DNA of 25,812 nt from Gemmatimonadota bacterium (GTDB lineage Bacteria; Latescibacterota; UBA2968; UBA8231): contig JAYPJE010000052.1 of assembly GCA_038128265.1 (NCBI GenBank), positions 1 to 25,812 of the forward strand, written 5' to 3'. The notes under the pieces are model-generated. The model was not told the DNA's origin. It did not search any database and saw only the letters and a list, made by a program, of their open reading frames with translations. Both the position numbers and the translations under genes were made by a program. How positions within the stretch are numbered: position 1 is the stretch's first letter; each line of letters starts with the position of its first letter. This document shows, piece by piece, positions 15,574-22,823 of the stretch.

Positions 15574-16463
15574 CCACTGCCGGGCAGCGCGATGTCCGAA
15601 AGCGCCTCGTAGACCTTGGCTACGGCCGCGTCGTCCAGCCCGCCCCAGCCCTTGGAGGCTGCCATCGTAAAGAGCTGGCTGGCGGCGGCGGCCAGCGGCA
15701 GCGGGAAGCGCAGCTGGCTGCCCGTATTCAGCACGATCCCCATATCTTTGACGAAAATGTCGACGGCGCTGCGCGGCGTATAATCGCCCTCGAGAATGTG
15801 CTGTCCGCGATTTTCAAACATCCACGAATTACCCGCCGATTCGCTAATGATGTCGTAGAGCGTCTGTGGATCGAGTCCATTCTTTATGCCGAAGCTCATC
15901 GCTTCGGCTGCAGCGACAATATGCACGCCGGCCAGGAGCTGGTTGATCATTTTGTAGGCCGACCCGCGGCCAGCGCGATCGCCCAGTTCGTGCACGGTGG
16001 CGGCTATGGCGTTGAGCAACGGCTGGGCGCGCGTGAAAGCGTCCGCCGAACCGGAGGCCATGACGGTTAGTGTGCCTTCGGCCGCGCGGGTTGTGCCGCC
16101 GCTGACGGGCGCGTCGAGATAGTGCAGTCCGAGCGCTTCGACGCGCGCGGCCAGTGCCTCGGCAAAGGGAGGGGGCACGGTGCTGCAAACGATGACGACG
16201 GCATCCCGTTGCAGCTGCTCGGCGGCTCCGTTTACTCCGAACAGCACCTGCTCAACTTGCTCGGCGCTCACGACAACGACCAGCAGGGCATCGCAGTCAG
16301 ACGGAAGCTTGTCGGGTGCGTCGATCGCGGTAGCTCCGCACGCTGCGATGCGCTCGAGTGCGGCGCGGTCGATATCGCAGCCGACGACGTCGATGCCTGC
16401 GCGCAGCAGCGAGCAGGCCATCTCAAAGCCCATTGATCCCAAACCTATAACCGCAGTTTTCAC
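15570..16463 (-). CDS. ltnD: L-threonate dehydrogenase-like (3-hydroxyisobutyrate dehydrogenase family)
   Basis: GTG start with AGGAGG RBS; 'GLGSMG', 'DAPVSGG', 'KMINQLLAGVHI', 'SAGNSWMFENR', 'DYTPRSAVDIFVKD' match the LtnD/YgbJ subgroup. Confidence 0.85.
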   Translation of the reverse strand: MKTAVIGLGSMGFEMACSLLRAGIDVVGCDIDRAALERIAACGATAIDAPDKLPSDCDALLVVVVSAEQVEQVLFGVNGAAEQLQRDAVVIVCSTVPPPFAEALAARVEALGLHYLDAPVSGGTTRAAEGTLTVMASGSADAFTRAQPLLNAIAATVHELGDRAGRGSAYKMINQLLAGVHIVAAAEAMSFGIKNGLDPQTLYDIISESAGNSWMFENRGQHILEGDYTPRSAVDIFVKDMGIVLNTGSQLRFPLPLAAAASQLFTMAASKGWGGLDDAAVAKVYEALSDIALPGSG

Positions 16464-16477
16464 TCGCTCGCCTCCTG

Positions 16478-17239
16478 CTATATGCGCGGCATGACGTTGC
16501 CACCGGCCACGGGCAGGTAGACGCCTGTTATAAAAGAGGCCAGGTCAGAGGCCAAAAAGGCGACGGCGTGGGCGATGTCCCTATCGTCGCCGCGTCGGCC
16601 TAGCGGCACGTTTTTTACGTAGTTGGCGTCGTCAGCCGGCTCGGCTCGGTATTTGTCGCTGATCATCCAGCCGGGGGCTACCTGGTTGACGGTAATGCCG
16701 TGCTGGCCCACCTCGCGCGCCAGCACGCGCAGCACGCGGTCTTGTCCACCCTTGCCCGATATATAAGCCGATTGGCCCGGGTTGCACTGCATGGTGCATT
16801 CGGTATTGGTAGCAATTACGCGCCCCCACTGCTTTTCGATCATGTCGGGCACAAAGGCCTTGGCCATCAGGACATTGTGCAGCACGCAGGTGCGAAACTG
16901 GCTCGCGTAGTCGGCTTCGTCCTGCTCCAAGACGGATGTCCATCCATACTGTTCGACCGCGTTGTTGACAATGATATCGGCGGGGCCAAAGGCCTCCTTG
17001 ACCGCATCGCGCAGGGCGAAGACGGAGGCGCGCTCGGATACGTCGGCCTGCACGACGATGGCTTGTCCGCCCGATTCGACGATTTCCGCGCGTGTGCCCT
17101 CTGCGCGCTCCTGTCCTTTGTAGTAGTGTAGGACTACGCGTGCACCGCACGAAGCGAGCGTGCGGGCTATGGTGCGGCCGAGTTCACCGCTGGCGCCGGT
17201 AACGACGGCGACGCGGTCCGTCAGGTCCATGGTTAACAT
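16478..17239 (-). CDS. SDR-family oxidoreductase (FabG-like)
   Basis: ATG 17239 with AAAGGA RBS; 'TGASGELG', 'IVNNA', 'AYISGKGG', 'ITVNQVAPG', 'ITGVYLPVAGG'. Confidence 0.88.
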   Translation of the reverse strand: MLTMDLTDRVAVVTGASGELGRTIARTLASCGARVVLHYYKGQERAEGTRAEIVESGGQAIVVQADVSERASVFALRDAVKEAFGPADIIVNNAVEQYGWTSVLEQDEADYASQFRTCVLHNVLMAKAFVPDMIEKQWGRVIATNTECTMQCNPGQSAYISGKGGQDRVLRVLAREVGQHGITVNQVAPGWMISDKYRAEPADDANYVKNVPLGRRGDDRDIAHAVAFLASDLASFITGVYLPVAGGNVMPRI

Positions 17240-17271
17240 GGCGATCCTTTCGTCCGATATGGTTATTGAGC

Positions 17272-17778
17272 TCAGAACTGTGCGGCCAGGTCGCACAGCG
17301 CCTGTCCGGTGACGCGCTGCACGGTCCACTCGTCCTGCGGCTGGGCACCCAGACGTCGATAAAAGCGCAGGGCCGGTTCGTTCCAATCTAGGACTGACCA
17401 CTCCAAGCGACCGCAGTTGCGTCCGACGGCTAGCTGGGCCAGATAGCGCAGAAGGGCACCACCAAACCCGCGCCCGCGCCAGTCCGGTTCGACAAAGAGG
17501 TCCTCCAAGTAGAGGCCCGGCTGGGCGAGGAACGTTGAATAACTAGAGAAAAAGAGGGCAAAGGCAACCGGCTGTTCGCCGTAATAACCGAGGATTACCT
17601 CAGCGGCGGGGCGTTCGCTAAAGAGCGTTCGGCGCAGCATGTCTTCCGTGGCCACGACTTCGTGGCTGAGCTGTTCATACTCAGCAAGCCCTTCAATAAA
17701 GCGGAGAATCTGCGCACAGTCGCTCTCTGTAGCGGGGCGCAGAGTAAAGCCGTTGATGCGCGTAGCAATAGCGGTCAC
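17272..17778 (-). CDS. GNAT N-acetyltransferase (SSAT/diamine acetyltransferase-like)
   Basis: GTG start; 'LAEYEQL', 'YSTF', 'LYLEDLFV...RGRGFG', 'LEWSVLDWNEPALRFY'. Confidence 0.9.
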   Translation of the reverse strand: MTAIATRINGFTLRPATESDCAQILRFIEGLAEYEQLSHEVVATEDMLRRTLFSERPAAEVILGYYGEQPVAFALFFSSYSTFLAQPGLYLEDLFVEPDWRGRGFGGALLRYLAQLAVGRNCGRLEWSVLDWNEPALRFYRRLGAQPQDEWTVQRVTGQALCDLAAQF

Positions 17779-17835
17779 GTAGAGTTCCTCGTTGGGAGTG
17801 TGGAGCGGTAACAGTGTGCGCGACAGAAGAGCTGC

Positions 17836-18648
17836 TCACCATAGGAGAGAAAAGACGAGTCGGTAGAGCCGGTAGCGCAGCGGGCTGTAGTGCTTGCGCG
17901 CAAAGGCGGTCAGGCCCTCGCGCAGCAGGCGTTTGCGGCGCGCTCGATCGATCGGCACCTTGTTGTGGTAGTGAAAGGCCTGGGAAGAAGGTGCGTAGAG
18001 CACGGGCCGTCCAAGCAGGTGGCTGCGGTAACATAGGTCGGCGTCTTCGCCGTACATAAAAATCTCGCCGTCCCAGCCGTTGAGCGCATCGAATACATCG
18101 CGGCGTATCCACAGATAGGCGCCCGTAGTCCACGCGACGTAGCGCTCTCTGTCGTAGTGTAGGTAATGGCGCTGAGAAAAGCGATCGAGCAGCGGGCGCA
18201 GGGGCGCCGCCAAACTCAGCAGGCGGTCGAGAAGCAGGCTCGTCAGGGTGGGTAACGCGCCGACCGACCGCTCTGTCTGGCCGTCGGCGTCGGAGAGTTT
18301 GCCTCCAAAAATGCCGCAGTGTGGCTGGCGTTCGACGACGTCGAGCATCGCGCGCAGCGCGCCGGGAGGCACCTCCGTATCTGGATTTAAAAAGAGCAGC
18401 AGCGGCGCGCTCGTTTCGGCCGCGCCGATATTGTTGTTCTGCGCAAAACCGTGGACGTGGCTGTTGCGGACGAGTGCGACTTCGGGAAATTCACGCTCGA
18501 CCAGTTCGCAGCTGCCGTCTTCCGAGCAGTTGTCGACAACGACGATCTCTAGGGCCACGTCATCGTGCGCGCGCAGCGATTGCAGACAGCCGCGCACCCA
18601 GTCGCGGGTATTCATGCCGACGATGACGATGGCGAGTTCGGCTGCCAC
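17836..18648 (-). CDS. Glycosyltransferase family 2 (WbbL/rhamnosyltransferase-like)
   Basis: 'VVVDNCSEDGS', 'GFAQNNN', 'LFLNPD', 'FMYGEDADLC'; GTG start 3 bp after fhs stop. Confidence 0.9.
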   Translation of the reverse strand: MAAELAIVIVGMNTRDWVRGCLQSLRAHDDVALEIVVVDNCSEDGSCELVEREFPEVALVRNSHVHGFAQNNNIGAAETSAPLLLFLNPDTEVPPGALRAMLDVVERQPHCGIFGGKLSDADGQTERSVGALPTLTSLLLDRLLSLAAPLRPLLDRFSQRHYLHYDRERYVAWTTGAYLWIRRDVFDALNGWDGEIFMYGEDADLCYRSHLLGRPVLYAPSSQAFHYHNKVPIDRARRKRLLREGLTAFARKHYSPLRYRLYRLVFSLLW

Positions 18649-18651
18649 GTC

Positions 18652-20322
18652 TCAGAACAGCCCCACGATGTGACCGTTCTCATCAAAGTCAATCGCCTCG
18701 GCGGCCGGCACGCGCGGCAGACCTGGCATCGTGACGATATCTCCGGTCAGCACGACGATAAAACCGGCACCGGCCGAAAGGCGCACTTCGCGCACGGGCA
18801 CGTCAAAACCGCGCGGTCGCCCCCTGAGCTGGGGATCGGTCGACAGCGAGTACTGGGTTTTAGCCAGGCATACGGGTAGGTGGCCGTAGCCAGCCTCTTC
18901 GAGCTGGGCAACCTGTTTGCGCAGGCGCACGTCGCCCATAATATCGTCGGCCCCATAAATCTCGCGCGCGACCGTGCGCACTTTTTCCCACAGCGGCATA
19001 TCGTCGGGATAGAGCGGTCGGAAGCAACTCGCTTCGGCATCGATCGTCTCGACGACGGTCGCGGCCAGTGCCTCTGCGCCTGCGCCGCCGCGCGCCCAGT
19101 GCTCGGACAGGGCTACGCGCACGCCGAGGTCATCGCAGGCTTCCTGCAGAGCATCCAACTCGGCCGGGCTATCGCCGCTGAAGGCGTTGATTGCCACGAC
19201 GACCGGTAGACCATAGCGACGCACATTCTCAACGTGCTTGGCCAAGTTCGCCGCGCCCTTCTTCACCGCGCCGACGTCTTCTTTAGACAACCCTTTGCGA
19301 CCCTTACCGCCGTGAAACTTGAGCGCGCGCACCGTGGCTACTAGCACGGCGACGTCGGGTTGCAGGCCAGCTTGACGGCACTTGATATCGAAGAATTTCT
19401 CCGCCCCTAAATCGGCGCCAAACCCTGCTTCTGTAATGGTGTAATCGGCCAGCGACATGCTCAGGCGCGTGGCAATCAGCGAAGAGCAGCCGTGGGCAAT
19501 ATTGGCGAAAGGACCGCCGTGCACGAAAGCAGGATTACCCTCCAACGTCTGCACTAGATTGGGTTTAATGGCGTCCTTGAGCAGCACGGCCATCGCGCCG
19601 TGCACCTTGAGGTCGGCAGCGCAGATGGCCTGGCCGTCGTAGGTGTGGGCGACGACCATGCGCCCCAAGCGCTCCTTGAGGTCGGCGGCCGATTCGCACA
19701 GGCACAGGATGGCCATGACCTCCGAGGCGACGGCGATATCAACGCTCGTTTCGCGCGGCATGGAGTTACCCGTCCCGCCCAGACCGATGACGATGTCGCG
19801 CAGGGAACGATCGTTCATATCGAGCGCGCGGCGCCACAGCACGCGGCGTGGATCGATAGACAGGGCGTTGCCGTGGTGCAGATGGTTGTCTACGGTGGCT
19901 GCCAGCAGGTTGTTAGCCGTGGAGACGGCATGGATATCACCGGTAAAGTGCAGGTTGATGTCTTCCATTGGCGCAATCTGCGCGTAGCCACCGCCGGTGG
20001 CGCCACCCTTCATGCCGAAGCAGGGACCGAGCGACGGTTCGCGCAGGCATAGGGCCGCGCGCCGCCCTATGCGATTGAGGCCGTCGGCAAGGCCGATGCT
20101 GGTCGTGGTTTTGCCCTCGCCGGCCGGCGTTGGGTTGATTGCCGATACGAGGATAAGCTTACCCCGTTTACGCTCGTGCGCGATGCCGAAGACGTCCAGC
20201 GAGATCTTCGCCTTGTCGCGTCCGTACAATTCTAAGTATTGGCGATCAATGCCTAGTTTTTCGCCGACCTGCTCAATGGGCAGCAGGTCGACTGCGCGCG
20301 CTATTTCTATATCGGGTTGCAA
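18652..20322 (-). CDS. fhs: Formate--tetrahydrofolate ligase
   Basis: '[10 protein letters not shown]', 'LREPSLGP', '[11 protein letters not shown]', 'INLHFTGD', '[11 protein letters not shown]', '[14 protein letters not shown]', 'AKTQYS', 'TMPGLP'; 556 aa; TTG start with GAGAGG RBS. Confidence 0.97.
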   Translation of the reverse strand: MQPDIEIARAVDLLPIEQVGEKLGIDRQYLELYGRDKAKISLDVFGIAHERKRGKLILVSAINPTPAGEGKTTTSIGLADGLNRIGRRAALCLREPSLGPCFGMKGGATGGGYAQIAPMEDINLHFTGDIHAVSTANNLLAATVDNHLHHGNALSIDPRRVLWRRALDMNDRSLRDIVIGLGGTGNSMPRETSVDIAVASEVMAILCLCESAADLKERLGRMVVAHTYDGQAICAADLKVHGAMAVLLKDAIKPNLVQTLEGNPAFVHGGPFANIAHGCSSLIATRLSMSLADYTITEAGFGADLGAEKFFDIKCRQAGLQPDVAVLVATVRALKFHGGKGRKGLSKEDVGAVKKGAANLAKHVENVRRYGLPVVVAINAFSGDSPAELDALQEACDDLGVRVALSEHWARGGAGAEALAATVVETIDAEASCFRPLYPDDMPLWEKVRTVAREIYGADDIMGDVRLRKQVAQLEEAGYGHLPVCLAKTQYSLSTDPQLRGRPRGFDVPVREVRLSAGAGFIVVLTGDIVTMPGLPRVPAAEAIDFDENGHIVGLF

Positions 20323-20361
20323 TAGATGCCTCTCTATTTTGTTGCGTGGGGCTGTGATAAG

Positions 20362-20880
20362 CTAGTCGGAAGCTTTTTGTAGAAGGCCCACGGCGCCAAA
20401 CTCGTAGCTGGCATCTTTGTCGGGCAGCTCTTCCAGGTACACCGTGAAACGCACGGGCAGGCCGTTGTCGGGCATTTTCTCCTTCCAATAGCGCGCGTAG
20501 GATTCGGCGTATTCTCTGCGAATACGCCCTTTCTCGGCGGCGTAGCCCTCCGGGTCGACCAGTGCGTTGGGGGCCTTGGGAGCGGCTCCGAAAGAGTGCA
20601 CCTCGAGAAAGTCCACATCGGCCAGCGATTGGCAGATACCCGCTTCGCGCAGATACATCTCCCAGGTATCAAAAATGCGCGGGATTTCCCGATCTGGGTT
20701 CATTTTTGCGACTTCGTCTAGTCCCAGTTCATTGGTTGCGGCAATGGCGCCCGTCATGCCGACAAAGCGAATTTTTAGATCGCCGTTATCCAATTCTTCG
20801 ACGACTAAATCCGAAAAGACGTCGTTGCTCTTTTTGCGGTAGTAGGTCACGCGGCCGCGTTTTTTTATTTCCCAATCCAT
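20362..20880 (-). CDS. Hypothetical protein, divergent RidA/YjgF-fold candidate (172 aa)
   Basis: Start reassigned to ATG 20880; C-terminal 'YARYW...LPVRFTVYLEELPDKDASYEFGAVG' resembles the Rid signature P-A-R-x-x-V-x-V-x-x-L-P-x(n)-E-I-E-A-I-A. Confidence 0.65.
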   Translation of the reverse strand: MDWEIKKRGRVTYYRKKSNDVFSDLVVEELDNGDLKIRFVGMTGAIAATNELGLDEVAKMNPDREIPRIFDTWEMYLREAGICQSLADVDFLEVHSFGAAPKAPNALVDPEGYAAEKGRIRREYAESYARYWKEKMPDNGLPVRFTVYLEELPDKDASYEFGAVGLLQKASD

Positions 20881-20927
20881 TTGGATCTTTCTGGTTGAAT
20901 GGCAGTCGAGCTGCGGTATCGATTCGT

Positions 20928-21746
20928 TTAGAACTCGTAGTCGATCGACCACGTCAGCGCCTGCCCCGGGGCTGCGCTGCGTTCGAGAAAGGGCTCCCAA
21001 GAGAAGGTGTTTTGGTTGCCCCAGATGGGAAAAAAGCTGGGCACGTAGGAGCAGGTTGCCGCCACCAGACCAACGACGGGATGCTTCTGTAGAATCACCA
21101 AGTTGCTGTGCGCCTCGTGCGTCAGTGCCTGGTAATAGCCCTTTTCCCAATTTGGCCAATTTTTACGTGCGATAAAGCCGCTATCGGCCAGGCCGTAGCC
21201 GTCGTTCTCCGGAAAAGAAACGGGAATATTGAACCGACACAGCTCGTCGCCGTCCGTCTGCGGATAGAACGGGTGGGGAAACCAGCGAATGGGGATGGGG
21301 CGCCGGCCGGTGTTGTTGAGAACGATTGACGAGTGCACGGTGCGGCCGTGCAGCGCTACTTCGCGCGTTAGCGTCAGGGCGAAGTGAGCAAATTCTTGTT
21401 CGGTGTGCATGCGAAGGGTGCTGTCCTGCTGCCGCACGTCCCAGTGGCAGAATTCTTCGACCTCGTTCCGTTCTAAATCGCAGCGACCAATGCCAATAAT
21501 AAGCGCCTGCGATTCGGACGACTTGGCATCCTTGAGCGGGCTCTGATTAAAGGCGTCGGGGATGCCCTGACCGTCGAAGGTATTGAAGCTGTTGGGATAG
21601 GTTGGCCCGGAAAGCAGCGGGCCCTTCTGCGCATCGGTTACCTGGAAGATATAGCCTCCGGTGCAGTAGCGCGTGCCAAAGCGCTCCACGTCGGCGATGG
21701 GGTCGAGCACGTCTACGGAAAGCTGGTCGTTTTGCAGCGTATACAC
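20928..21746 (-). CDS. Hypothetical protein, galactose mutarotase/aldose 1-epimerase-like fold
   Basis: GTG start with TAGGAG RBS; 'LQNDQLSV', 'LTLTREVAL', 'LNNTGRRPIPIRWFPHPFYP', 'FSWEPF' (His and Glu at mutarotase-like positions). Confidence 0.6.
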   Translation of the reverse strand: MYTLQNDQLSVDVLDPIADVERFGTRYCTGGYIFQVTDAQKGPLLSGPTYPNSFNTFDGQGIPDAFNQSPLKDAKSSESQALIIGIGRCDLERNEVEEFCHWDVRQQDSTLRMHTEQEFAHFALTLTREVALHGRTVHSSIVLNNTGRRPIPIRWFPHPFYPQTDGDELCRFNIPVSFPENDGYGLADSGFIARKNWPNWEKGYYQALTHEAHSNLVILQKHPVVGLVAATCSYVPSFFPIWGNQNTFSWEPFLERSAAPGQALTWSIDYEF

Positions 21747-21914
21747 GGTTGTCTCCTATGAGAAATAAATGCACCTGAGAAGTGGATTGCTTGGCGATTT
21801 CACGGCGCGCATAGCCGCGCCATACAATATAGGAATCTCTCTGCAGGGCGAGCCAACGGCGAGGGGTGAAGCCGCCATTCCAATGGGGTGTAGCTGCCTT
21901 CCCGCGCGCGGTTT

Positions 21915-22655
21915 CTACCAGCGCTCGATAGCGCCCAGCAGCATTTTCTGCTCGGCGCTGCCTTCGGCGCGCAGGCGCTGGGCAAAGGGCCCGTCAAAGG
22001 GTTCGCGCGATTTCATCCACGCCGGCTGGTAGCACATTAGGCAGGCGCGACGCGGTGCACTAGACTGGTTGGCCGCTCCGCGGTGGTAAAGGCATCCGTC
22101 GAATAAGACCGCCTGACCCGGCTTGGCCAGCACGCGCACCTCTTCGGGGAAAGGGGCGTGGCAGACGGGTGGGCGAAAGGGCACGCGCTGCGATCCCGGC
22201 ACGACGACGATGGGTCCGTTCTCCTCGCTGAGCGCGTCTAGGTAATAGCCGCAGTTGATCTGCCCGGGAATGGCGCCGTAGGGTGTGCCCTCGGGCGCGA
22301 CGGGCCAGGGCACGTCGCGGTGCCAGTTCTGATCCTTTTCACCGGGCAGGGTGACGCGTGCCGTAGCGCTGTGCAGCTGCACGCACTGACCGAGAATGGC
22401 TTTCATGCGCGAGAGCACGGGCGGATGGTCGAGGAGAAAGGCGAACGCCTCGTCGCACTCTAATAGCTGGTGAATAAACTGTTCGCCGCTGCGTGCAAAA
22501 GCTGCATCGAGGGCCGTGCGCAGTGCGTCGACCTGCTCTGGGCGGAGTGCGTCGTCGACTACCAGGTAGCCCCATTTTTGGAAAAACGCGACGTCGTCGC
22601 GCAGCGCGGTCGGGCATTCGTCGTTGAGGTATGCAGGATACGGTATGGAGGCCAT
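21915..22655 (-). CDS. PhyH-family Fe(II)/2-oxoglutarate dioxygenase
   Basis: AGGAG RBS; 'FFQKWGYLVVDDAL', W-H-R-D, 'YYLD', 'NGPIVVVPGS', 'PGQAVLFDGCLYHRGAAN', 'RRAC'. Confidence 0.9.
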   Translation of the reverse strand: MASIPYPAYLNDECPTALRDDVAFFQKWGYLVVDDALRPEQVDALRTALDAAFARSGEQFIHQLLECDEAFAFLLDHPPVLSRMKAILGQCVQLHSATARVTLPGEKDQNWHRDVPWPVAPEGTPYGAIPGQINCGYYLDALSEENGPIVVVPGSQRVPFRPPVCHAPFPEEVRVLAKPGQAVLFDGCLYHRGAANQSSAPRRACLMCYQPAWMKSREPFDGPFAQRLRAEGSAEQKMLLGAIERW

Positions 22656-22823
22656 GCGCCACTCCTATTGTCGAGCACGTTGTGCCTCAAACTAACCGAG
22701 GGAGCTGGTAGAAACAAGGCGAATAGAGGCATGATCCGCCCATTGGAGCGTACCGTCGGCGCACCCATTCGCGCAATAGACGCGATTTTTTCAGTTTAGT
22801 GTAGTCAAATCGGAGGCCATCCT

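Noticed and set aside
18652..20322. fhs as evidence of acetogenesis (Wood-Ljungdahl pathway)
   Set aside because: No acs/cooS/folD/metF genes in the window, and the surrounding O2-dependent oxygenases suggest aerobic C1 handling
20323..20361. Possible THF or ZTP riboswitch upstream of fhs
   Set aside because: The intergenic gap is only 39 bp, too short, and no motif is visible
20881..21159. N-terminal extension of the 265-aa ORF 20362..21159
   Set aside because: It overlaps the mutarotase-like gene in another frame; the Rid-like similarity begins only after ATG 20880
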